From contig VXLL01000027.1 of NCBI GenBank assembly GCA_009841615.1, forward strand, positions 1,223-65,222: 64,000 bases of DNA, given 5' to 3'. Each line of letters opens with the position of its first letter. The first letter of the stretch is position 1. This DNA is from Gammaproteobacteria bacterium. Its GTDB lineage: Bacteria > Pseudomonadota > Gammaproteobacteria > Pseudomonadales > Azotimanducaceae. The position numbers and the translations under genes were made by a program. Below the pieces are notes generated by a model. It was given only the letters and a program-made list of their open reading frames with translations. It did not search any database and was not told the origin of the DNA. Positions 1 through 9,484 of the stretch are shown piece after piece.

Positions 1-651
1 TACCTAACGAGAGAGAAGAAACCTCTAATCGTGGATTCGATCGTGAAGTGGCGTATATTTGACACGACGCGCTATTACGAAGCGACTCAGGGCATCGAGG
101 ATAACGCGCACTCGCGTTTAGCTGCTCGTGTTGATGAAGGACTACGAAATCAAATTGGAAGTCGTACCATGTTCGATGTAGTCTCAGGCGATGCCCGAGA
201 TGAATTGATGGCTGAACTCACTAACAATCTTGACAACACGTCGCGCGCCCAACTCGGAGTAAGAGTTATTGATGTACGCGTGAAGAAAATCGAATTACCA
301 CCAGAGGTCGCATCCCAAGTGTACGAACGTATGAGGTCGGAACGGAAAATTGAAGCAGATCGATTTCGTGCTCAGGGAGAAGAGCAGAAGTTGATTATTC
401 GATCAGACGCAGACAAACAACGGGTAGTTATTCGTGCTGAAGCGGAAAGACAATCAGAACAGCTTCGTGGTGAAGGTGATCGGGAAGCGACTCGCATATA
501 TGCTGAAGCCTACGGGCGGGATCCAGAATTCTATGAGTTTTACCGGAGCATTAATGCGTACGTCAACGTGTTTGGGGACGGAAATTCGTTGTTGGTATTA
601 GATCCATCCAGTGATTTCTTCAAGTACTTGAAGGCCGGAACAGGAGACTAA
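1..651 (+). CDS. hflC: HflC (band-7/SPFH modulator of FtsH), 5'-truncated by the window edge
   Basis: The frame is open from base 1, with no stop before the listed Met at 31. The translation (...LIVDSIVKWRIFD...VIDVRVKKIELPPEV...GEGDREATRIYAEAYGRDPEFYEFYRS...DSDFFKYL) matches the C-terminal two-thirds of HflC. The hflC-purA neighbourhood is as in enterics. Confidence 0.85.
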   Translation, partial: YLTREKKPLIVDSIVKWRIFDTTRYYEATQGIEDNAHSRLAARVDEGLRNQIGSRTMFDVVSGDARDELMAELTNNLDNTSRAQLGVRVIDVRVKKIELPPEVASQVYERMRSERKIEADRFRAQGEEQKLIIRSDADKQRVVIRAEAERQSEQLRGEGDREATRIYAEAYGRDPEFYEFYRSINAYVNVFGDGNSLLVLDPSSDFFKYLKAGTGD

Positions 652-933
652 TTTCCCTTCGTAAATATGCGACGGGTCTTAACACCCGTTCGTTCAGTGA
701 AATTGTGCTAGTGGTGAGCATGTGAAAGCTGCTTACAACACGGGAAGAGTGGAGTGTTGAAGTCCCTCACCGTAATCAGACGCGCTTGAGTAATCAGGTG
801 TTGGTTGAGTGATTGTTTGTGGGTGTAAGTGAGAGTGAGTTCCTCAAATCAAATAGGAAGTACATCTTTCTCATTGAGACGACCCTACCAAAGCAACACA
901 CTGAATGTTTCCAATTGCTACCGAATTCGTTGA

Positions 934-2241
<1,308 letters not shown>

Positions 2242-2279
2242 TTTCATAAAGACATCTGCAGCACTTAGAATTTTGTAAT

Positions 2280-2471
2280 ATGATTGACGAAAAACTACTC
2301 GAAATACTTGTTTGTCCCTTGACAAAGGGAGAATTGGAGTATCACAAATCTGCAGGGGAACTTTGGTCTAGGGAAGCAAAACTCGCTTATCCAATTAAAG
2401 ACGGTATCCCTGTTATGATCGCTGACAAAGCGAGAACATTGACTGAAGGGGAACTCAAAGCTAAGTCATAA
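2280..2471 (+). CDS. ycaR: Trm112/YcaR family small protein (UPF0434)
   Basis: 63 aa. [14 protein letters not shown]...[12 protein letters not shown] matches the YcaR/Trm112 pattern. Confidence 0.75.
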   Translation: MIDEKLLEILVCPLTKGELEYHKSAGELWSREAKLAYPIKDGIPVMIADKARTLTEGELKAKS

Positions 2472-2517
2472 GCGGTGAGTCTTCTTATTTCACATTTTCG
2501 AAATTACTTATGAAAGC

Positions 2518-2726
2518 TGGGTAGTGTCTCAGTTTGTATTTATGACTATAATATTGTATATGTGTACAGATGAGTTGAACATCGGAGGAGAGGTACTTCT
2601 TCGTCAATCGTGGAGAAGGTGTCAGACTAGATGCTATTGAGTATTCAGCAGTCTTCGATGAAGCGAGTGGGTTGGGCATCCTTGTCTAGCTTCGAAATGG
2701 CTCAGATTTCAAACTGAGACACTACC
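2518..2726 (-). mobile_element. MITE-like non-autonomous element, copy 1 (alternative reading: structured ncRNA)
   Basis: Has 17-bp perfect terminal inverted repeats: GGTAGTGTCTCAGTTTG at 2520-2536 and CAAACTGAGACACTACC at 2710-2726. It is flanked by the direct repeat GAAAGC at 2512-2517 and 2727-2732. A second copy in the opposite orientation lies at 49548-49756, with about 16 substitutions in 207 nt and no indels by eye. Confidence 0.6.
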
Positions 2727-2745
2727 GAAAGCGGATAGCTCAAAT

Positions 2746-3684
2746 ATGGAACATCCAATGCCTGATGTAGCCATGCGTTCGTTAGAGCATGATCATGGGA
2801 CCTTGGATTGGGTTGGAATGAGAGAAATTCGATTGCCCGTGAGAATACAAGACGGTGCCGCGATTTGCGAAGTCGTTGGATCGGTACAGTTATACGTCGA
2901 TCTACTCGATCCCAAGGCTAAGGGCATTCACATGTCGCGCCTATACGTTTTATTGGACGAAGCAGCGCGCTGTCGGATATTTTCGCCCGCGGCGATACAA
3001 CAATTCTTGCAGGAGATGCTCGATTCTCATTCAGAAGTTTCCTCGCGTGCGTTTATGGAGATATCGTTCGAACGACCGCTGCGGCGCGCGGCACTCGTAA
3101 CTGACCATGCCGGGTGGGGCAGTTATCCCGCCACAATTCGCGGTATCAGAAGCACCACCGAGAGTATTGTGGAACTGTGTTTTGCCGTCAAATATTCGAG
3201 CACTTGTCCTGCTTCCGCCGCACTCGCACGACAATCCATTCAAGAACAGTTTGAGCGGGACTTCGAGCAGTCAAACAAGGTTGAACCAGCACACGTCACG
3301 CAGTGGCTAGGTTCCACTCAAGGAATTGTTGCTACCCCTCATGGCCAAAGAAGTAAAGCAGATATAACAGTTCGACTATCCGAGCTTTCGGCTAACTTTC
3401 CACTCACAGAGTTAATCGATCGCATTGAAAGTTCATTAGCGACTCCGGTACAAACTGCGGTAAAACGAGAGGATGAACAGGAATTTGCCTTACTCAATGG
3501 GCAAAATCCAATGTTTTGTGAAGATGCGAGTCGTCGGTTAAAGCAAACTTTAGACGATACTCCAGGTCTTTTGGACTTTCTCGTTCGGGTCGAACACTTT
3601 GAGAGTTTGCACGCACACAACGTCGCGAGCTGGGTTGCCAAGGGAGTTCCAGATGGATTGCAAGCCGATCCTGCGAGGACATGA
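2746..3684 (+). CDS. folE2: GTP cyclohydrolase IB (FolE2 type)
   Basis: 312 aa. Contains KGIHMSRLY and a C-terminal ...FESLHAHNVAS, typical of COG1469 FolE2. Confidence 0.75.
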   Translation: MEHPMPDVAMRSLEHDHGTLDWVGMREIRLPVRIQDGAAICEVVGSVQLYVDLLDPKAKGIHMSRLYVLLDEAARCRIFSPAAIQQFLQEMLDSHSEVSSRAFMEISFERPLRRAALVTDHAGWGSYPATIRGIRSTTESIVELCFAVKYSSTCPASAALARQSIQEQFERDFEQSNKVEPAHVTQWLGSTQGIVATPHGQRSKADITVRLSELSANFPLTELIDRIESSLATPVQTAVKREDEQEFALLNGQNPMFCEDASRRLKQTLDDTPGLLDFLVRVEHFESLHAHNVASWVAKGVPDGLQADPART

Positions 3685-3690
3685 ACTGGT

Positions 3691-3777
3691 TGGTGCCGAG
3701 GAGAGGACTTGAACCTCCACGGGGTTACCCCCACCAGCACCTGAAGCTGGCGTGTCTACCAATTTCACCACCTCGGC
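3691..3777 (-). tRNA. tRNA-Leu (anticodon CAG), encoded CCA end
   Basis: The reverse complement reads GCCGAGGTGGTGAAATTGGTAGACACGCCAGCTTCAGGTGCTGGTGGGGGTAACCCCGTGGAGGTTCAAGTCCTCTCCTCGGCACCA. The anticodon stem CCAGC/GCTGG encloses the loop TTCAGGT. It has a long variable arm and a GGTTCAAGTCC T-arm. Confidence 0.9.
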
Positions 3778-3972
3778 ATGATTGCACCGGTTAATTCAGT
3801 GCATGAGACTCCTGAACATTTTCAGCGTTTTGTGGTCACATTCCTGATTCGACATCCAAGCCTGACGCGCGGTTTACCGACATCTAGGCTAGTGATCACA
3901 CACTAGCCACTTATGAAATATACAAAAAAACATCTCAATATCTCGACTATTTTGTTATAAGAATCAAATACT

Positions 3973-5916
3973 TTGAAACGAGCTACGCCTAGCCGCGTTC
4001 TTAGTTTACTGAAGAAATCGAGTTCACTGAGTTATGCCCAACTAGCAGAAAATTTTACGGCACCGCGGAGTCTTGCGGACGTATTACACTCCCTTGAGAA
4101 CAGTGAAACGATCGTTTGCGATCAGCGTGGCAAATACCAGTTGTCGCGCCGTACTCAACGATTAGATCAGCTACGGTCTTTTTTTGAACGTCAATACACT
4201 GGCGTAGCCGAAAACGCTAGGGGTCTTTGGCATTTTCGATCTCTAACGCCAAATTCACCTCCAAACGTCCTAATAAGAGGCAGCAAAGACCTTCTTAACG
4301 GCGAAATCGTAACCATAGAAATCGATGAAGTCGATATAGATCATTATTACGGTAAGGTCGTTGCCAAGATTCCAGCAGAAGATGAAGCCAGCCGCGCAGC
4401 ACTTGCGCTTCTCACAGCGTATGAAGTGCCACACGGCAACCCTTGGAATCCAAAGCGCAAAAGATTCTCGGAGTTCATAAGTGAACAGTCGGTGCAGGAT
4501 CGCGTTGATTTGCGCAAATACCCGTTCGTAACCATCGACGGAGAATCAGCGAAAGACTTTGACGACGCAGTGTATGTTGAGCCTCAAACTGCTGGCGGTT
4601 GGCGCATGTTGGTAGCTATTGCTGATGTCGCACACTACGTTTATCCCAATGACGAGCTAGACAGAGAAGCAAGACGACGTGGAAATTCGGTGTATCTACC
4701 GGATCGCGTCGTACCGATGTTACCGGAGGATTTATCCAACGGAATTTGTTCGCTCAAACCCGATCTAGATCGATTGGTCTTGGTGTGCGAAATGCAACTA
4801 ACCACAACAGGTAAAACCGAAGCGTTTAAGTTTTACGAAGCGGTGATTCGGAGTGCTGGACGTCTGACTTACTCGGAGACAGTTTCTGTATGCCGTGGTG
4901 AAGAATTGCGCGATCGCACGCCGGCGATAAATGCATCGCTAAAGGCTTTCTACCAAGCATTCCGTGTAGTGCGCCAACAGCGCGAACAGCGTGGTGCACT
5001 AGACTTTACTTCTCGAGAGACAACAGTAAAAGTGCAGAACGGCGAGCCGATTGAAGTCGTCGCGGTGCGACAAAACGAAGCCCATCAGATGATCGAAGAA
5101 GCCATGATCTTAGCGAACGTTTGCGCCGCGCAACATCTACAAAAGAACAATCTCAATCCCCTCTATAGAGTGCACACGAGTCCTCGTCCAGAAGCACTCA
5201 AAGAGCTGCAATCTACGCTACACCAGTCCCACATATGCAAATTTGATCTCGAGGAGTGCAATTCTCAGAAGATTCAGTATTTGCTAAATGAACTCCGCCG
5301 GTCGAGCAAAGATTCATGGATATGGGAGCTACAAGTACTACGAGCAATGCATCAAGCAAGATATTCGTTTCTTAAAAACCAACACTTTGGTCTTGCATTA
5401 ACGGAATATGCACACTTCACCTCTCCGATACGTCGATATGCCGATCTCCATCTCCACAGATTAATCAAGACTACATTGAAGTCTTCGCGAGAGAAATTAA
5501 AGAGAGACCCAGAACTTGCCTACTTGGGCGAAGACTTATCTGAGTGTGAACGTCGCGCCACAAGTGTTTCCCGCAAAGTCGACCATTGGTTAAAGTGTCG
5601 ATTGCTGAAGAAGATGAGTGGTAAAACATTTGGTGGTGTTATTTCTGGAGTGGAGGAGTTTGGGATATTCGTAGAGCTCGATCATTACTGTGTTTCTGGG
5701 TTAATTCACGTGACTGACCTCGGAGACGACTACTATGTTGCTCAGGGACCGGTGATGCAAGGAACGCGCAGCGGAGTCGAATATCGTTTAGGCGAACGTC
5801 TACAAGTAGTAGTTGTTTCTGTGGATGTCGAATTGTGTCGTATTGACTTGATTGAGTCGAAGCCTCGGCAAAAACGTCACGAATTTCGTCGTGGTAAACT
5901 AAAGTTTCATCGCTAG
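3973..5916 (+). CDS. rnr: Ribonuclease R (RNB-family 3'-5' exoribonuclease)
   Basis: RNB-domain motifs are present (TIDGESAKDFDDAVYV, HFGLALTEYAHFTSPIRRYADLHLHR) plus a C-terminal S1-like region (GVISGVEEFGIFVEL). It is followed by rlmB as in E. coli. The TTG start is uncertain. Confidence 0.85.
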   Translation: MKRATPSRVLSLLKKSSSLSYAQLAENFTAPRSLADVLHSLENSETIVCDQRGKYQLSRRTQRLDQLRSFFERQYTGVAENARGLWHFRSLTPNSPPNVLIRGSKDLLNGEIVTIEIDEVDIDHYYGKVVAKIPAEDEASRAALALLTAYEVPHGNPWNPKRKRFSEFISEQSVQDRVDLRKYPFVTIDGESAKDFDDAVYVEPQTAGGWRMLVAIADVAHYVYPNDELDREARRRGNSVYLPDRVVPMLPEDLSNGICSLKPDLDRLVLVCEMQLTTTGKTEAFKFYEAVIRSAGRLTYSETVSVCRGEELRDRTPAINASLKAFYQAFRVVRQQREQRGALDFTSRETTVKVQNGEPIEVVAVRQNEAHQMIEEAMILANVCAAQHLQKNNLNPLYRVHTSPRPEALKELQSTLHQSHICKFDLEECNSQKIQYLLNELRRSSKDSWIWELQVLRAMHQARYSFLKNQHFGLALTEYAHFTSPIRRYADLHLHRLIKTTLKSSREKLKRDPELAYLGEDLSECERRATSVSRKVDHWLKCRLLKKMSGKTFGGVISGVEEFGIFVELDHYCVSGLIHVTDLGDDYYVAQGPVMQGTRSGVEYRLGERLQVVVVSVDVELCRIDLIESKPRQKRHEFRRGKLKFHR

Positions 5917-5935
5917 TCTGAAGGTACGAACGACA

Positions 5936-6679
5936 GTGTCAATAGAGTCGAACATAGTATGTGGAATACATAGTGCGAAGTCGTTCTTGAGCACTCAACC
6001 CGACAAAGTTCGCAGGGTTCTTGTCGCTGAGAACTACCACGGTGCAAAGTTGCACGAGATTGTGACCTTAGCGAAACAAAACCGCATACAAACAAAGCCC
6101 GTGCCGCGTTCTTATCTCGATCGACTCGCGGCCAGAGTTGCGCATCAAGGAGTGGTTTTAGAAGTGCGAGCTTTTCGTGCGCACTCCGACGCCGACTTAG
6201 AAGACAGGTTGGAACATTGGAAATGTCCATTGATCTTAGCCCTCGACTCGATTCAGGATCCTCGTAACTTAGGTGCTTGCCTGCGTTCTGCTGAAGGAGC
6301 TGGTGTTAACGCTGTCATTGTGGGTAAAAATCGTAGTGCTCCTTTAACTGCTGTTGTTCATAAGACTTCGGCCGGCGCGCTGGATTCAATTTTCTTGGTA
6401 GAGGTTTCTAACCTAGTTCGCTGTCTTTCAAATTTAAAGGAGCAGGGTTGTTGGGTTGTGGGTGCCTCTGACCACTCTGATACTCAATATACTGCTATCA
6501 ATTACCGGGATCCGACGGTTTTGGTTATTGGTGGCGAAGCTAAAGGACTACGACGCCTAACGTCGGAAATTTGTGATCAGATTGTTTCCATTCCTATGTA
6601 TGGTGCCGTTCCCAGTTTAAACGTCGCGGTAGCAACCGGAGTAATCTTGTTTGAGGCAACGCGACAGAGAACAGTTTAA
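5936..6679 (+). CDS. rlmB: 23S rRNA (guanosine-2'-O)-methyltransferase RlmB (SpoU/TrmH family)
   Basis: SpoU motifs are present (LDSIQDPRNLGACLRSAEGAGV, VIGGEAKGLR, IPMYGAVPSLNVAVATG). It lies directly downstream of rnr. Confidence 0.85.
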   Translation: MSIESNIVCGIHSAKSFLSTQPDKVRRVLVAENYHGAKLHEIVTLAKQNRIQTKPVPRSYLDRLAARVAHQGVVLEVRAFRAHSDADLEDRLEHWKCPLILALDSIQDPRNLGACLRSAEGAGVNAVIVGKNRSAPLTAVVHKTSAGALDSIFLVEVSNLVRCLSNLKEQGCWVVGASDHSDTQYTAINYRDPTVLVIGGEAKGLRRLTSEICDQIVSIPMYGAVPSLNVAVATGVILFEATRQRTV

Positions 6680-6785
6680 TCTGTCATTCTACAATGGACA
6701 CGATAGTCGCACATCATAGGGACTTTATTTTTCCTGAAACTGTCTAAAGTAATTATTGAATGTGATTCTATAAGACAGTACCGCC

Positions 6786-7820
6786 ATGAACGCCAAGTCT
6801 AGGTCAGGTCATTTTCCAACTGACAATCCACGTACTGTAAAGCACGTTTCCATAATTACACTTGTCTGTCTACTCATGGTTGCTTCAAGTAGTGTCAGCG
6901 GAAGGACTGCGATCGGTGAACTCTATGGGGAACTCAGGAGCTTTCTCAAAAAGCCTATAGAAGTTGAGTATAGTGCAATCAGCGATTTTGAAGTGGCTGA
7001 TTCCGAATTGTTGGATTATGTTTCGGCGGCCCTTTTCAGCGATGACTCAGAAAAAGTTGATGAAATTCTCGTCGAATTGTTTAATTACGCACTTTCGGTA
7101 AACGTCCATCGTTGGTTAAATACGCAGCCACCTCCCATAAGGAATTTTTCTTCAGAACCCGGTCTTCGGGATTTCTTGATACAGCTCTGGTTCTTCGAGC
7201 AAGAAAAACTTGAATCTGAATTGAAATCCTATGAGGAAGTGAGACTCCCGTGGTCTAGAATCCCAAAAATCTTAGTAGTACTGTTTCCCCGGGATCGAGA
7301 AGTACACGACTTTATCTGGTCAATCCATAATACTTTGGAACCGACGGAACCTGCCGCAACTCTAATGCTGTTAGACAGTGGAGAGTTCCAGACTCCGAAA
7401 GCGAACAATCTTCGAATAGCAACTCTAACCTCGGACGGGCCAGAGATTTTTAGGTTGATTGCGGCACGCTCTCTTGGAAGATTTCAATCAACTGAAGGAT
7501 TCGAAACTTTGTTAGCTACACTCCGCGATTCGGATAACCGAAGTCTGGTGGCTGTAGTCATTGAAGCAATCATCCTACATGGGTACTCAGTCCTTCCCTA
7601 CGCTCAGGAAATCCGCGAAGTAGCCGAACGTTTTGGCGTGGATGAAGATACGAAGCTTGCGGTTCTGACTGATCATATCGTGTTTCCTACACCGTATGAT
7701 CTTACCTTTTTTGGTGAAGACGCATCCACGAATCGATTCGTGAGTGCACATAGAGACTTGGAACGGATGACGGTTAACCAGTCTAAACTACAGGCACGAG
7801 CTGAAGAACCGCAACCCTGA
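6786..7820 (+). CDS. Hypothetical secreted or membrane-anchored protein
   Basis: 344-aa ORF with an N-terminal hydrophobic segment (VSIITLVCLLMVASSSVSG). I recognise no motif. It lies between rlmB and rpsF and is followed by a hairpin plus T-run. Confidence 0.55.
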   Translation: MNAKSRSGHFPTDNPRTVKHVSIITLVCLLMVASSSVSGRTAIGELYGELRSFLKKPIEVEYSAISDFEVADSELLDYVSAALFSDDSEKVDEILVELFNYALSVNVHRWLNTQPPPIRNFSSEPGLRDFLIQLWFFEQEKLESELKSYEEVRLPWSRIPKILVVLFPRDREVHDFIWSIHNTLEPTEPAATLMLLDSGEFQTPKANNLRIATLTSDGPEIFRLIAARSLGRFQSTEGFETLLATLRDSDNRSLVAVVIEAIILHGYSVLPYAQEIREVAERFGVDEDTKLAVLTDHIVFPTPYDLTFFGEDASTNRFVSAHRDLERMTVNQSKLQARAEEPQP

Positions 7821-7863
7821 TTACGTCGCTAATTGAGCGAAAGTTTGTAAAATCTTCGATCCC

Positions 7864-7890
7864 GCAGCTACTTAGCTGCCTTTTATATTT
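7864..7890 (+). terminator. Candidate intrinsic terminator
   Basis: Perfect 6-bp stem GCAGCT (7864-7869) / AGCTGC (7874-7879) with loop ACTT, followed by CTTTTATATTT. Confidence 0.45.
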
Positions 7891-7947
7891 ATTCCTTGTT
7901 TCACGACTCGACTTGTGGTCGGAGACTTTTGCCAAAGGGAACAATCC

Positions 7948-8631
7948 ATGCGACATTACGAAATTGTGTTCATCGTTCACCCTGACCAATCTGAGCAGGT
8001 ACCGGGAATGATCGAACGATACAAAGCTATGATCGAACGGGATGGTGGCGCGATCCATCGGTGTGAAGACTGGGGTCGTCGGCAGCTAGCCTATCCGCTC
8101 GCAAAAATTCATAAAGGGCACTATGTACTCTTGAATATTGAAGTGCCTGCTAATACTTTGGCGGAACTTGAGAGTTCATTTCGCTTCAACGACGCAGTAC
8201 TAAGAAACCTGATTTTGTCTAGAAAAGAAGCTGTCACTGAGATGTCGAAACTGTACGCAGCCGAGCTGCGAGAACAAGAGCGTGAGCGAGAGCGCGAGCG
8301 ACAGCGTGAAGAAGATATGGCTGCACGTCAACGTGTCCGCGACGACGAATCCGAAGATGAGACCGACGGAGCTGAAATGGAAGCGATGACTGCAGTTGAA
8401 GAAGAACACGAAGGTGAACCAGCAAAAGATGAGGCCGATGTCGCGGTAGAGCCTCCTCCGGAAGAAGCTGAAGAGTCGTCCTTAGAAGAAGAGTCTGGTA
8501 CCGATGACCAAACTCAGGCTGAAGTCGTTGAAACGGAACCTGAGGAAGAAACTGAGCAAGAGGAAGAAACTGAGCAAGAGGAAGAAACTAAGCAAGAGGA
8601 AGAAGAGGAGAAAGAGGAGAAAGCGGAATGA
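7948..8631 (+). CDS. rpsF: 30S ribosomal protein S6 with a roughly 100-aa acidic C-terminal extension
   Basis: [25 protein letters not shown]...WGRRQLAYP is the canonical S6 core. ATG at 7948 is preceded by AAAGGGA. The tail is rich in Glu and Asp. Confidence 0.9.
   Translation: MRHYEIVFIVHPDQSEQVPGMIERYKAMIERDGGAIHRCEDWGRRQLAYPLAKIHKGHYVLLNIEVPANTLAELESSFRFNDAVLRNLILSRKEAVTEMSKLYAAELREQERERERERQREEDMAARQRVRDDESEDETDGAEMEAMTAVEEEHEGEPAKDEADVAVEPPPEEAEESSLEEESGTDDQTQAEVVETEPEEETEQEEETEQEEETKQEEEEEKEEKAE
8542..8595 (+). repeat. 3 x 18-bp in-frame tandem repeat (GAGGAAGAAACTGAGCAA) inside the rpsF tail
   Basis: Units lie at 8542-8559, 8560-8577 and 8578-8595; the third carries one substitution. 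Together they encode [18 protein letters not shown]. Confidence 0.9.
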
Positions 8632-8852
8632 TTAGAAACGTTAGACGCCGTCGTACCTGCCGATTCACCGCTGACGGCGTGAAAGAAATTGACTACAAAG
8701 ACCTCGAAACGCTCAAGCAGTATATTGGAGAGACCGGGAAAATTACGCCTGCTCGCATGATGGGTACTAGCGCCCGTTACCAACGCCAGTTGGCCAGGGC
8801 AATAAAACGTGCCCGGTACCTTGCGCTTTTGCCCTACACTGATCAACATTAG
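8628..8852 (+). CDS. rpsR: 30S ribosomal protein S18
   Basis: [23 protein letters not shown]...[24 protein letters not shown] is near-identical in pattern to E. coli S18. The start overlaps the rpsF stop (ATGA). Confidence 0.95.
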   Translation: MIRNVRRRRTCRFTADGVKEIDYKDLETLKQYIGETGKITPARMMGTSARYQRQLARAIKRARYLALLPYTDQH

Positions 8853-8865
8853 AAGAGGGGTCATC

Positions 8866-9312
8866 ATGAATGTTCTACTGCTAGATCGCGTTACGAACCT
8901 CGGTGATATTGGAGATGAAGTAAAGGTAAAGAACGGATACGCTCGAAACTTCTTGATTCCTCAGGGATTAGCACTGAAGGCGACACCAGAAAACCGCAAG
9001 ATTTTTGCGGACCGAGAGGAAGAATTGCGCGCCCAAGCGATCGAAAAGTTAGAAGGTGCAGAGAAACGCGCAGCACAATTAGAAGATCTCGAAGTCACGA
9101 TCCTACAGCGTGCTTTGGGCGAAGGCCGGCTGTACGGATCCGTCGGGCCGGTAGAGATCTCTCGCGCCTTAGCAAACCTCGGTATTGAAGTCAATAAGAG
9201 CGAAATCAAGATGCCCCTTGGACCGATCCGCGAAATCGGCGAGTTTGATGTTGATATTCAGGTCCACGCGGATGTCTCGCGTACCATCCATGTGATTGTC
9301 GCACCGAATTAG
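8866..9312 (+). CDS. rplI: 50S ribosomal protein L9
   Basis: MNVLLLDRVTNLGDIGDEVKVKNGYARNFLIPQGLA matches the L9 N-terminus. ATG at 8866 is preferred over the longer ORF start at 8809, which overlaps rpsR. Confidence 0.9.
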   Translation: MNVLLLDRVTNLGDIGDEVKVKNGYARNFLIPQGLALKATPENRKIFADREEELRAQAIEKLEGAEKRAAQLEDLEVTILQRALGEGRLYGSVGPVEISRALANLGIEVNKSEIKMPLGPIREIGEFDVDIQVHADVSRTIHVIVAPN

Positions 9313-9484
9313 TTTTCCAATTTCTAACTAAGACTTTTCCACTCAGTTATCCGTCGAAACTGAACGGTTCACCGTTCGATCGGTGGACTTTGTTTGAATC
9401 TTGATCGTTCAGTTTACGCTGGACCAATTTTTGCTGTTTAATATCATTTTGACTCTGGGAAAACTATCGGAGGTAATGACATAA

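Noticed and set aside
2485-2679. 64-aa minus-strand ORF (MPNPLASSKTAEY...) lying inside MITE-like copy 1.
   Set aside because: In copy 2 the same frame stops after 34 codons, and the two substitutions within the shared part are both non-synonymous. The ORF is most likely a by-product of the repeat rather than a gene. The 28-aa ORF on the other strand (MLLSIQQSSMKRVGWAS...) shows 2 synonymous and 3 non-synonymous changes, which is inconclusive.
2472-2745. Possible riboswitch or Zur-type regulatory leader upstream of folE2.
   Set aside because: The interval is almost entirely occupied by the inverted-repeat element. That element also occurs upstream of an unrelated gene in the opposite orientation. 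I see nothing resembling a THF riboswitch.
3887-3908. Perfect 8-bp hairpin GGCTAGTG-ATCACA-CACTAGCC between tRNA-Leu and rnr.
   Set aside because: No T-run follows on either strand and I noticed no second copy. It could be an operator or a REP-like site, but the sequence alone does not support a call.
8270-8600. Repetitive GAG/GAA-rich DNA that superficially resembles a repeat array.
   Set aside because: It is in-frame coding sequence for the S6 acidic tail. The units are contiguous (18 bp) with no spacers, so it is not CRISPR-like.
8514-8867. 117-aa ORF antisense to rpsR and the rpsF tail.
   Set aside because: It overlaps two unmistakable ribosomal protein genes. Its Ser-rich product mirrors the GAA/GAG-rich sense strand.
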